A model generated the notes under the pieces. The model saw only the letters and a list, made by a program, of their open reading frames with translations. It was not told the DNA's origin and made no database searches. Of a stretch of 64,000 nt of DNA, positions 42,331 to 51,655 are shown one piece after another (position 1 is the stretch's first letter; the number at the start of each line of letters is the position of its first letter). This DNA comes from Anaerohalosphaeraceae bacterium (lineage in GTDB: Bacteria; Planctomycetota; Phycisphaerae; Sedimentisphaerales; Anaerohalosphaeraceae): positions 32,001-96,000 of the forward strand of contig CAXXSL010000013.1 of the NCBI GenBank assembly GCA_963675525.2, written 5' to 3'. The position numbers and the translations under genes were made by a program.

Positions 42331-43785
42331 ATGGATACCGCAAAGCAATTACGAGATAAAATCGCCGCCGGCCGGATGAAAAGCGCCGATGCCGTAAAGA
42401 CTGTGTTTGACCGCATTGAAAAAATCGATTCGACCCTGGGCGCTTTTCTTTCCTTATATAAGAATCAGGCCTTTGAACAGGCCCAGGTCGTAGATGATAA
42501 GATTGCCGCGGGACAACCCGTTGGACATCTGGCGGGAGTTCCCATCGCGATCAAAGATAACATGTGTACGACTTTCGGAGCGACGACCTGTGCGTCTAAG
42601 ATTCTTGAGAATTTTCACGCGCCTTACAATGCCCACGTCGTCGAAAAACTCCATGAAGCAGACGCCGTCATTATCGGCAAATGCAATCTTGACGAGTTCG
42701 CCATGGGTTCCAGCACGGAAAACTCCGGCCTCAAACAAACCGTCAATCCATGGGACACCGACCGCGTCCCCGGCGGCAGCAGCGGCGGTTCCGCCGCGGC
42801 AGTTGCGGCAGGGCTTTGCTGCGGCGCACTCGGCTCGGATACCGGCGGGTCGATTCGCCAGCCCGCCTCCTTTTGCGGGGTTGTGGGCCTCAAACCCACC
42901 TACGGACGCGTCTCCCGATACGGCCTCGTCGCCTACGGTTCCAGCCTCGACCAGATCGGACCGCTCACACAGGACGTTACGGATGCCGCTTTGTTATTGA
43001 ATGTGATTGCCGGCCACGACCAGCGGGACAGTACCTCGGTCCCCGAAACAATCGCGCCGGTCAAAGATTATCTGGCCGAATTGGAAACACCCGTCAAAGG
43101 CCTCAAAATCGCAACGGTCCCGCACCTCAACCAGGGCGCGGACCCATCCGTACAAAAAGCGATACAGGATGCGTTGGGCGTTTACAAATCGTTAGGCGCC
43201 GAAATCATCGAAATCGACATGCCGAACTTTGACTACGCCATCAGTGCTTATTACGTCATCGCCACTGCAGAAGCATCGAGCAACCTGGCCCGTTTCGACG
43301 GCGTGCACTATGGCTACCGAAGTCAAAAAGCAAATGATTACGTCGAGGTCTATTCCAAATCGCGGGACGAGGCCTTCGGCACCGAAGTCAAACGCCGCAT
43401 CATGCTGGGGACGTATGCCCTCTCCAGCGGCTATTACGACGCCTATTACCTCAAGGCCCTGAAAGTACGAAACCTGATTCGCAGCGATTTCACAAAGGCG
43501 TTCGATCAGGCCGACTGCCTGATGATGCCGGTCAGCCCGACCACGGCGTTTAAAATCGGTGAAAAAACCGACGACCCGCTGCAAATGTACCTGGCGGACA
43601 TTTATACCATCGCCGTCAACCTGGCGGGTGTACCGGGCATCAGCATCCCCTGCGGCTTCGACGAAAAGAATCTACCGATTGGATTGCAGATACTTTCCGG
43701 CCCGTTCAGCGAAGATAAATTATTAAGAATCGCCCGCATGCACGAAAAACAAACAGACTGGCATACAAGGAAACCAAATTTTTAG
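42331..43785 (+). CDS. gatA: Asp/Glu-tRNA amidotransferase subunit A
   Basis: PIAIKDN, DEFAMGSSTE, PGGSSGGS, GSDTGGSIRQPA, EVKRRIMLGTY. Confidence 0.97.
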   Translation: MDTAKQLRDKIAAGRMKSADAVKTVFDRIEKIDSTLGAFLSLYKNQAFEQAQVVDDKIAAGQPVGHLAGVPIAIKDNMCTTFGATTCASKILENFHAPYNAHVVEKLHEADAVIIGKCNLDEFAMGSSTENSGLKQTVNPWDTDRVPGGSSGGSAAAVAAGLCCGALGSDTGGSIRQPASFCGVVGLKPTYGRVSRYGLVAYGSSLDQIGPLTQDVTDAALLLNVIAGHDQRDSTSVPETIAPVKDYLAELETPVKGLKIATVPHLNQGADPSVQKAIQDALGVYKSLGAEIIEIDMPNFDYAISAYYVIATAEASSNLARFDGVHYGYRSQKANDYVEVYSKSRDEAFGTEVKRRIMLGTYALSSGYYDAYYLKALKVRNLIRSDFTKAFDQADCLMMPVSPTTAFKIGEKTDDPLQMYLADIYTIAVNLAGVPGISIPCGFDEKNLPIGLQILSGPFSEDKLLRIARMHEKQTDWHTRKPNF

Positions 43786-43812
43786 CCACAGAGGACACAG
43801 AGTTCACAGAGA
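43786..43812 (+). repeat. Tandem 9-mer repeat (CACAGAG core x3)
   Basis: ccacagag-gacacagag-ttcacagag fills the gatA-gatB spacer. Confidence 0.6.
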
Positions 43813-43821
43813 GATATAAAT

Positions 43822-45285
43822 ATGGCTGAGTTAGACTATAAAATAATTGTTGGGTTAGAAATTCACGTTCATTTGGCGACCCGTACCAAGATGTTTTGCG
43901 GCTGTGAGTTGGCCTACGGCGACACGGCCAACACCCACGTCTGCCCCGTCTGCATCGGTATGCCGGGCAGCTTACCGGTCATGAACAAGACCGCACTGGA
44001 GTTTTCCATCCTGACCGGGCTGGCTCTGAACTGCCAAATCGCCTCCTTCACCAAATGGGACCGCAAAAGTTATTACTACCCCGACCTGCCGAAAAACTAC
44101 CAAATCAGTCAATACGACCTGCCCTTCAGCGAACACGGCTATATCGAAATCCCCGTCGAATCCGGCGGCACCAAAAAAATCCGCATCCTGCGGGCGCACC
44201 TCGAAGAAGACGCCGGCAAAAACATTCACACGCTCGGCAATTTTTCCGCTGTGGACCTGAACCGAGCCGGCACGCCCCTGTTGGAAATCGTCACCGAGCC
44301 GGACATGAACAGCCCCGAAGAAGTCGGCGCACTGGCCCGTGAACTGCAGCGCATTGTCCGCTTTCTCGGCGTCTCCGAGGCCGACATGCAAAAGGGACAC
44401 ATGCGCTTCGAGCCGAACGTCAACCTGCACATCACCCGCAACGGCGAAGTTTTCAAAACCCCCATCAGCGAAGTCAAAAACCTCAACAGTTTCCGCGCCA
44501 TCGAACGCAGCATCGCCTACGAAGTCCGCCGACAGCTTCACGAATTCAAAGAAACCGGAAAAACCTTGCAAATGGGCAACAAAAGCACCTACGGCTGGGA
44601 CGACAATCAGCAAGTCACCGTCCTGCAGCGAGAAAAGGAAGAAGCCCACGACTACCGCTACTTCCCCGACCCAGATCTGGTTCCCGTCGAGGTCAATGAC
44701 GCATGGCTCGGCGAAATTAAATCCCGCCTGTGCGAACTGCCGATACAGATGCAGTTGCGTTTCGCCAAAGATTACGGCCTCAGCGACTACGACGCAGGCG
44801 TTCTCACCGCCGACCGCGCCACAGCGGAATTCTTTGACACCGCCGTCAAATTCGGCGCCGACCCGAAGCGCATCTGCAATCTCCTGACACAAACCGGCCT
44901 GAAATTGGCCAATGAAAAAGGCACAACCGTTGACCAACTGGGGATTACGCCGGAAAATCTGGCCAAACTGGCCCAAATGACCGACGCCGGTGATGTCAGC
45001 GCTACCGCTGCGACCACCATATTCGAAGAAATGGCGGCAACCGGCAGCGACCCCATGCAAATCGCCGAAGCCAAAAACCTGATACAGAAAAGCGATGTCG
45101 GCCAAATCGAAGCATTGGTCGATGCCGTACTGGCTGAAAATGCAGAAGCCGTCGAAGACGCCAAAACTAATCCAAAGAAGGCGAAAAAAGCCATGGGGTT
45201 CTTAACCGGCCAGGTCATTAAGAAAAGCAAAGGCCAGGCCAATCCGAAAATCGTTTCACAGTTACTCAACAAAAAATTGAAATAA
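43822..45285 (+). CDS. gatB: Asp/Glu-tRNA amidotransferase subunit B
   Basis: GLEIHVHL.T.TKMFC, YYPDLPKNYQISQ, HLEEDAGK, EVKNLNSF, DYRYFPDPDL, GQANP. Confidence 0.97.
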   Translation: MAELDYKIIVGLEIHVHLATRTKMFCGCELAYGDTANTHVCPVCIGMPGSLPVMNKTALEFSILTGLALNCQIASFTKWDRKSYYYPDLPKNYQISQYDLPFSEHGYIEIPVESGGTKKIRILRAHLEEDAGKNIHTLGNFSAVDLNRAGTPLLEIVTEPDMNSPEEVGALARELQRIVRFLGVSEADMQKGHMRFEPNVNLHITRNGEVFKTPISEVKNLNSFRAIERSIAYEVRRQLHEFKETGKTLQMGNKSTYGWDDNQQVTVLQREKEEAHDYRYFPDPDLVPVEVNDAWLGEIKSRLCELPIQMQLRFAKDYGLSDYDAGVLTADRATAEFFDTAVKFGADPKRICNLLTQTGLKLANEKGTTVDQLGITPENLAKLAQMTDAGDVSATAATTIFEEMAATGSDPMQIAEAKNLIQKSDVGQIEALVDAVLAENAEAVEDAKTNPKKAKKAMGFLTGQVIKKSKGQANPKIVSQLLNKKLK

Positions 45286-45312
45286 AGAGTGATCCTTCGG
45301 ATACGATAAACT

Positions 45313-45341
45313 TGTCATCCCGGGCTTGACCCGGGATCCAG
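45313..45341. repeat. REP-like palindrome TGTCATCCCGGGCTTGACCCGGGATCCAG
   Basis: TCCCGGG-CTTGA-CCCGGGA hairpin with a GTCAT lead, downstream of gatB. Confidence 0.65.
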
Positions 45342-45394
45342 CGATTTGTATTAACTGTTTTAATTAATAACAATAACCAAACAGGAAACCAACA

Positions 45395-46426
45395 ATGACA
45401 CTACGACTGGTTGAAATCTTTCTACCTTTCGAGACGGAAGCGAAACTCTTCGAGATTCTTTCGGAGTTTCCCCCTGCAACCCTCATTCAGAAGGAAAACG
45501 AGGAAGGCCAGCTTCATTTAAAAGTCCTCGTTGAATCGGACCGGACCGAGGGACTCCTGGACCAGATCGAAGCCGCGTTTTACCATCACCATGAATACCG
45601 CGACAAGTTTCACATTCTGATCACGCCCGTTCAGGCAACCATTCCACGAATTCAGCCGCCGGAGCAGGACGCCGAGTCTGCCGAGCAGGAAACAGTAAAA
45701 GATAAGATCAAATACGCTCGCGTCAACCGGGAGGAACTGTATGCCGGCATCCACGAAGCCAGCAAGCTGACAGGAGTCTTCATCCTGATGGTGGTCTTCT
45801 CGTCGATTGTCGCCGCCATCGGCCTGATGCGGAATAATACCGCCGTCGTCATCGGGGCCATGGTCATCGCCCCGCTACTGGGGCCAAACGTGGCACTATC
45901 GCTGGCTTCGGCACTAGGAGATATGGAACTGGCAAAAGTCGCCAAACGCGCCAATATCGCCGGGATATTGATTCCATTTTTGCTGGCGGCACTAATCGGG
46001 TACATTTTCAAATGTGACTGCAGCTGTTCGGAAATCATGTCCCGTACAACAGTCAATGAATCGGATATCATTCTAGCTCTGATTACCGGGTGTATCGCGA
46101 CGCTGTCATTTACCATGGCCATGGCGGGCACACTGATCGGCGTCATGGTAGCCGTCGCCCTAATGCCTCCGCTGGTCGCCAGCGGGATTCTATTGGGATC
46201 GGGCCAATTTCGATTAGCGGTCGCGGCAGGCCTGTTATTTTTAACAAACCTGATCTGCGTAAATCTGGCCGGCGTAGTCACATTTCTGCTTCAAGGTGTC
46301 CAACCACTGTGGTGGTGGGAAAAGGAAAAGGCCAAAATAGCCAATCGGCGTGCGATTATCATTTGGACGATTTGCCTGATTCTATTGATATTGACCATCA
46401 CCTCATCGCGTTGGTGGAATAAATAA
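45395..46426 (+). CDS. TIGR00341/DUF389-family membrane protein
   Basis: AAIGLMRNNTAVVIGAMVIAPLLGP, EIMSRT, GVMVAVALMPPL. Confidence 0.9.
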   Translation: MTLRLVEIFLPFETEAKLFEILSEFPPATLIQKENEEGQLHLKVLVESDRTEGLLDQIEAAFYHHHEYRDKFHILITPVQATIPRIQPPEQDAESAEQETVKDKIKYARVNREELYAGIHEASKLTGVFILMVVFSSIVAAIGLMRNNTAVVIGAMVIAPLLGPNVALSLASALGDMELAKVAKRANIAGILIPFLLAALIGYIFKCDCSCSEIMSRTTVNESDIILALITGCIATLSFTMAMAGTLIGVMVAVALMPPLVASGILLGSGQFRLAVAAGLLFLTNLICVNLAGVVTFLLQGVQPLWWWEKEKAKIANRRAIIIWTICLILLILTITSSRWWNK

Positions 46427-46429
46427 CGC

Positions 46430-47236
46430 CTATTTCATCCCCGTCGCTTTTTTGAGATAGGCAATCTGTGTATTGGTCAGACGTTTGTAACTACCGACAG
46501 CAATCCCTTTCAGGACGATGTTGCCGATCTGGGTGCGTTTGAGTGCCATCACTTTATAGCCGAGATGCGCGAATGTCCGGCGGATCTGGCGATTTAACCC
46601 CTGTCGGATGCTGACTTCCAGCAGCGTCTCCTCGTTGGTCTTTCGCAGAACCTTAACCGCCGCCCGCTCGGTTTTGCCTTCGGACAGCCAGACGCCCTTT
46701 TTAAGCTTTTCGATCTCCTCGCCTTCCATTCTGCCGCGAAGTTTGACCTGATAGGTCTTGGGCAGTTCATAGCGTGGATGCGTCAGGCGATTGGTCAGTT
46801 CCGAGTCATTGGTCAAAATAATCGCCCCGGTCGTATCCACATCCAACCGCCCCACGCAGAAAATGCGTTCGGGACAATCGATCAGATCGATGGCCCGAGA
46901 CCGGTTCATCGGGTCGGCATTCGTGCAAATAACCCCCTTGGGCTTATTCAGTAAAAAATAGACTTTTTTCGACTGCTGGATCCGCTGCCCATCCACACGA
47001 ATATCATCCACCGCCGGATCCGCAAATGCCGGCAGTTCATTGACCAAGGTCCCATTAACAGTCACGGCCCCTTCCAGAATTATCTCCTCGCACTTCCGGC
47101 GTGAATCAATTCCCGCCGAAGCTAGTATTTTCTGAAGCCGCTGCTTGCCTCCATGCTTTTCAACATGTATTTTGTGCTTTTCGGCATGAGGCTTACGCGC
47201 TTTAACTCTTTTTCTCTTCGCTACTTTTTTTGCCAT
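46430..47236 (-). CDS. rluB: rRNA pseudouridine synthase, RsuA/RluB family
   Basis: S4 domain RLQKILASAGIDSRRKCEE, LNKPKG, VGRLDVDTTG, THPRY, GLNRQIRR. Confidence 0.85.
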   Translation of the reverse strand: MAKKVAKRKRVKARKPHAEKHKIHVEKHGGKQRLQKILASAGIDSRRKCEEIILEGAVTVNGTLVNELPAFADPAVDDIRVDGQRIQQSKKVYFLLNKPKGVICTNADPMNRSRAIDLIDCPERIFCVGRLDVDTTGAIILTNDSELTNRLTHPRYELPKTYQVKLRGRMEGEEIEKLKKGVWLSEGKTERAAVKVLRKTNEETLLEVSIRQGLNRQIRRTFAHLGYKVMALKRTQIGNIVLKGIAVGSYKRLTNTQIAYLKKATGMK

Positions 47237-47956
47237 TTACGCAATCACCAAAAGGTTGGAAACATCATGAATCGTCACATACACCATCAACATTAAAATG
47301 AGCCCCCAGCCGGCAATCGAGACCGGAACATATAGCCGTTTCACAGGCATTCGCAATTGATGCAGGATATCCAGAAGAATCTTGCCGCCATCTAAGGGAA
47401 GGATTGGCAGCAAATTCAGAAATGCCAGGTTTATATTCAGCAACACCGACAACGATAGCAGTCTCGGGATATCGACACCAATTTCCTTGCCGCCAAAGGC
47501 AACCAGCCCGACGATTCCGCTTAGCTGTTGGGGATGGCTGAAAAGAGCCGGAATCGACTGGATAAACTGAGCGGACATATCCCATAACTGGACAAACGGT
47601 ACAACAAAAATAGACGCAGCAGTGACGCCATGATAAATGATGCTCATCACCAGCAAACCTGCCCAGGCGGCGATGATATTGGCAAGCGGACCTGCCAGAG
47701 CAAACAGCACCCGATTTTTAAATGAAAAAGCAAAGTAGTCCTCCAGCACCTCAATGTCCGGCATCACATATCCCCCCAGGGGAAAAACAGAAATCCGGTA
47801 ATCGGTCTCCTTATAAGTAAAACCAAACAGACGCCGGCCGTAGCCGACCGAAAACTGTTTCACCGGTATCCCCGCCCGCTTGGCCGCACAGAAATGCCCG
47901 AACTCATGAATCAAAATCAAAAAACTAATCATTAAAAATATAATGATATATCCCAT
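47237..47956 (-). CDS. Site-2 (M50) intramembrane metalloprotease, RseP-like without PDZ
   Basis: HEFGH, FSVGYG, PLGGYV, AGPLAN, LSGIVG, NLLPILPLDGG. Confidence 0.9.
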   Translation of the reverse strand: MGYIIIFLMISFLILIHEFGHFCAAKRAGIPVKQFSVGYGRRLFGFTYKETDYRISVFPLGGYVMPDIEVLEDYFAFSFKNRVLFALAGPLANIIAAWAGLLVMSIIYHGVTAASIFVVPFVQLWDMSAQFIQSIPALFSHPQQLSGIVGLVAFGGKEIGVDIPRLLSLSVLLNINLAFLNLLPILPLDGGKILLDILHQLRMPVKRLYVPVSIAGWGLILMLMVYVTIHDVSNLLVIA

Positions 47957-48041
47957 TTTACACTCCAAATCGAACGTCTATTGGCTTTTACCGATGTTAT
48001 TATACGATATTTCATCCAATATACTATCAGTTACTTGGTGA

Positions 48042-48284
48042 TTATTTATGAAAAAAGCGGACGACCCACAATATTAATGTCAAAATTAACGAAAGAACAG
48101 TGCACGATACGACCGGAAAAAAGATTCGCCAGTTTTTTCCACCAAATTCAATATCTCCCGGCAAACGAAACAAGCCCAGCTTTGAAAGCGCCAAAACAAG
48201 GACGCCCGCGCCTAGGAGCATCAGGCCCCCGAAAATCAGCATTTTCCCAAGTTGTCCCGGCTCAAAACCCTGCACCATCGGCAC
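48042..48284 (-). CDS. DUF2905-family small membrane protein
   Basis: LGKMLI..G, FRLPGDIEF..NWRIFFPVVSC.VLSLILT. Confidence 0.85.
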   Translation of the reverse strand: MPMVQGFEPGQLGKMLIFGGLMLLGAGVLVLALSKLGLFRLPGDIEFGGKNWRIFFPVVSCTVLSLILTLILWVVRFFHK

Positions 48285-48561
48285 CTTCCGTATTCAAAAT
48301 ACCGTAAAAATCGATTATATACGATCCAATAAAAACCCGGCAAGCAGAATTGTCGCAAATCCATCCAAAAACCAATATTCATTATTGCTCAAAAAACACC
48401 GCATTCAAACTAAAATCTTATTTTCAACCTCAAAAACACATCCTCGCCTCTATTTTTTCTTGACGAATCGGCTCTCAAACCCCATACTACAATAAGTTAT
48501 GTTCGTTTGGGGCAAGTATCTGGAATAATCTTTACTTATAATAATTTTAAGGAGTTGGAAC

Positions 48562-50007
48562 ATGGCCGCTCGCCAAGGATCGCAAAGCAACGCAATGCTT
48601 TATTCGCTCATTACCTTTGTTGCGTTGTTCATCATCGCAACTGTTTGCGCCGTCATTTTTTACGTCAAATCCGAAGAATACCGTACGTCCAGCCAAAATG
48701 ATCAGGCAAAGCTGGAAGAGGTCGCTAATCGAAGCGAACAGGGCCGACTGCCACGCATCGTCGGAAAACCCGAAAAAGGCGTTTCTTATCTGGGCACAAT
48801 GGAAAAACTGTTCGATGATCTTTATCGAATGCTGCTCGGAAAGGAAGCCCCCGAGGACACCCCCGCCACCGTCAAGTTCAACGAAATATCGATGACCGCT
48901 CAGAACAAATTGATCGAAGGCCTGGGAGACGATGTCAGCCCTGCCAGTGGACCGGACGGAATCGCTATTTTGAAAACAGTCGAAGATTTGAAGCAAAAGC
49001 TTGATATCGCACGGGAAAAACTGGCCGCGTATGACAAACTCGCCCAAGACCTGCAGGCCGATCTGGATACCGCAAAATCCCAAAACGAATCGCAGCAACA
49101 GGAATTTCTGCTTGAGCTGAACCAGTTCCAGGCACAAGCCGATCAAATCCGTGACAGCTTCGATACCCTGAAACAAGACATGCAGGGGGTGTTCAACGAG
49201 CAAATCCAAGTGTTCGAGGAGAAGCTCGAAGCCCTGGAGGTCACGTTAAAGAAAAAACAAATGGAACTGCAGGACACGGAGGAAAAACTAACCGAAACCA
49301 GCACGCTGCTGGACTCGGCACTGACAAAGCTCAGCGACATCAAACCCAAACCGAATATTGAAGTGCAGGCTTACAAGCCCGACGCCCAGATCGTCAGAAT
49401 CGATCTTCAAAACGGCATCGTTTACCTTGACGCAGGAATCAAGGACCATATTTACCGCGGTCTTACATTTGCCATTTATGACCGGAACCAGCCGATTCCG
49501 GAAACCGGCGAAGGCAAAGCTGAAATCGAGGTCTTCCAGGTCAGCGAACAGGTTTGTGCCGCCCGTATTATCAAATCGGAAAAGAAGAATCCGATCGTCA
49601 AAGAAGACATTGTATCGAATTTGATCTGGGACAGCAAAACGTCTAACCGTTTCGTTGTCGCCGGCGAATTTGACTTCAATAATGACGGCCGCCCTGACAA
49701 AGACGGTAACAAACGGATTATCGAAATGGTCGAACGCTGGGGCGGAACAGTCATGGATGACGTAACCGTCGATACGGACTTTATCGTAGTCGGGCTTTCA
49801 CCCTCTGCACTACAGCGGCCGACCCAGGACGAAATCGACATCGACCCGATGGCTCAGTTACGATTCGAGCAATCTCTTCAGAAGACCCAAAGCTACAAGA
49901 ACCTTTTGGATAAAGCCAATAACCTGAGCGTTCCGGTGTTTAACCAAAAACGCTTTATGTATTTGATCGGCTACGACACTCTGGCCAACAAAAACCCCGG
50001 CATGTGA
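48562..50007 (+). CDS. Membrane-anchored coiled-coil protein with beta-barrel and BRCT-like C-terminus
   Basis: One N-terminal TM, long heptad region, PDAQIVRID..IVYLDAG..GLTFAIY, then FVVAGEFD...WGGTVMDDVTVDTDFIVVG. Confidence 0.7.
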   Translation: MAARQGSQSNAMLYSLITFVALFIIATVCAVIFYVKSEEYRTSSQNDQAKLEEVANRSEQGRLPRIVGKPEKGVSYLGTMEKLFDDLYRMLLGKEAPEDTPATVKFNEISMTAQNKLIEGLGDDVSPASGPDGIAILKTVEDLKQKLDIAREKLAAYDKLAQDLQADLDTAKSQNESQQQEFLLELNQFQAQADQIRDSFDTLKQDMQGVFNEQIQVFEEKLEALEVTLKKKQMELQDTEEKLTETSTLLDSALTKLSDIKPKPNIEVQAYKPDAQIVRIDLQNGIVYLDAGIKDHIYRGLTFAIYDRNQPIPETGEGKAEIEVFQVSEQVCAARIIKSEKKNPIVKEDIVSNLIWDSKTSNRFVVAGEFDFNNDGRPDKDGNKRIIEMVERWGGTVMDDVTVDTDFIVVGLSPSALQRPTQDEIDIDPMAQLRFEQSLQKTQSYKNLLDKANNLSVPVFNQKRFMYLIGYDTLANKNPGM

Positions 50008-50032
50008 TCACAGAAGATAGAAGTGCTTTTAC

Positions 50033-50061
50033 AAGGCAGGTTTTAAGACCTGCCTTTTTTT
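50033..50061. terminator. Intrinsic terminator
   Basis: aaggcaggt-tttaag-acctgcc followed by a T-tract between convergent genes. Confidence 0.8.
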
Positions 50062-50074
50062 ATGCCTCCGGCGG

Positions 50075-50770
50075 CTAAGGTGTAATGCCGATATCAGCCA
50101 CAAAGACACGCCCGGTCGCCCTTCGGGATTCAAGACATTCCGTAAATCCCTTTTTGATCGCTGCAAAAGTGACGGTCGCTTGTGCCTCGATACACACCGG
50201 CAGCGGCAAACCCGTATCGCAGTCCAGGCCGGAAGGAATATCGACCGCCACGATCGGAATATTATGCGAATTGATGCAACTGACCAACAACGCATAAGCA
50301 CTACGAAGTTCGCCGGATAACCCCGTGCCAAAGATCGCGTCCACCAGCAAATAGCACCCTTCCGCAGCATTTTCAACATTGACACACAGGCTGTCCGATT
50401 CGATATCCAGCACCTGGATCGGCAAACGCATATTCCGACATATCTGATAATTGATCTGTGCGTCCCCGGTGATCTTCACCGGATCGGCACACATCACGAT
50501 CGTTACCGCTACCCCATGATTGAACAAATGCCGGGCAATGACAAATCCATCGCCCCCATTATTTCCAGCGCCGCAGAAAATACAGACCGTCGGAGCGGTT
50601 TTCCCTTCCAGCATCTGAAGGATTAGCGAGGCACAATTATGCCCGGCATTTTCCATCAGGACGACGCCCGGAATGTTCATGGAATTAATCGCCCAAGCAT
50701 CAAAATCGCGTACCTGCTGCCGGGTCATAACCGAAAATTCATCCGTATTATCAACTGTCCATTCTTTCAT
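50075..50770 (-). CDS. nnrE: NAD(P)H-hydrate epimerase (stand-alone YjeF-N)
   Basis: LMENAG, CGAGNNGGDG, VDAIFGTG, AVDIPSG, ADIGI. Confidence 0.93.
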   Translation of the reverse strand: MKEWTVDNTDEFSVMTRQQVRDFDAWAINSMNIPGVVLMENAGHNCASLILQMLEGKTAPTVCIFCGAGNNGGDGFVIARHLFNHGVAVTIVMCADPVKITGDAQINYQICRNMRLPIQVLDIESDSLCVNVENAAEGCYLLVDAIFGTGLSGELRSAYALLVSCINSHNIPIVAVDIPSGLDCDTGLPLPVCIEAQATVTFAAIKKGFTECLESRRATGRVFVADIGITP

Positions 50771-50778
50771 GAATATCT

Positions 50779-50836
50779 ATTATATATCCGAATCTTTGTC
50801 ACGTCAATTGACACATCAACCAAAAACGGATAACAT
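50779..50836. promoter_or_regulatory. Back-to-back sigma70 promoters for nnrE (-) and surE (+)
   Basis: Minus strand TTGACG-N17-TATAAT; plus strand TTGACA-N17-TAACAT; the -35 boxes abut (cgtcaa|ttgaca). Confidence 0.65.
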
Positions 50837-50872
50837 AGCAGTAAATGAAAGTCCTTTTAAGTCGAGAAAGAC

Positions 50873-51637
50873 ATGAAAATCCTCTTAACAAATGACGATG
50901 GAATTTTTGCACCCGGCCTTGTGGCCCTCTATAAACGGCTCTCTACGATTGCCGAAATATTCGTCGCGGCCCCGGCCGATGTGCGATCCGGCGCCGGCCA
51001 CAGCATCTCGCTGAGTGAGATCACCTGCGAATATCTGGATATCGTCGGAAAATTCAAAGGATTCAGCGTGGATGGCTCCCCGGCAGACTGTGTCAAGTTG
51101 GCGATCAACGAACTGTACGCATCCGATGGCCCTTTTGATCTGGTGGTCTCCGGAATGAACAACGGAGCCAATGTGGGCATCAATGTTTTCTATTCCGGCA
51201 CGGTCGCCGGTGCGATTGAGGCGGCCTTCTACAACCTGCCCGCTATTGCTGTCAGTGCCGCATTCGACGAGCCGATGGACCTCGAAGCGGCAGCCGATTA
51301 CGCGATCGACGTCATCCGGCAACTTCTGGACCTTCCGGCCGGCCGTGTGGCCAATCTAAACATTCCCCGGCTATCCAAAGGCAAACCTAAAGGGCTGCTG
51401 GTCGTACCCCAGTCAACACACGGCTTTGAGGAACAATATCATTCGCGAACCGATGAAGATGGACAAAACATCTATCAGTTAACCGGCGGGACCCACCGCG
51501 ACCCCAAAGACGGCAACTGGACCGATACCATGGCCCTCGAAGCCGGATATGTGACTGTGACCTGTCTTCGCCAGGAACTGACCGACCCGGCCGGCAATGA
51601 ACTGTTAATGCAGAAGGCACTGAAATTCAAAACATAA
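50873..51637 (+). CDS. surE: 5'/3'-nucleotidase SurE
   Basis: ILLTNDDG, SGAGHS, DGSPADCV, SGMNNGANVG..VFYSGTVAGA.EA. Confidence 0.97.
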   Translation: MKILLTNDDGIFAPGLVALYKRLSTIAEIFVAAPADVRSGAGHSISLSEITCEYLDIVGKFKGFSVDGSPADCVKLAINELYASDGPFDLVVSGMNNGANVGINVFYSGTVAGAIEAAFYNLPAIAVSAAFDEPMDLEAAADYAIDVIRQLLDLPAGRVANLNIPRLSKGKPKGLLVVPQSTHGFEEQYHSRTDEDGQNIYQLTGGTHRDPKDGNWTDTMALEAGYVTVTCLRQELTDPAGNELLMQKALKFKT

Positions 51638-51655
51638 ACAAATTCGGAGGTTTGT

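Noticed and set aside
43972..45105. 377 aa antisense ORF
   Set aside because: Shadow of gatB arising from codon bias; no recognisable features
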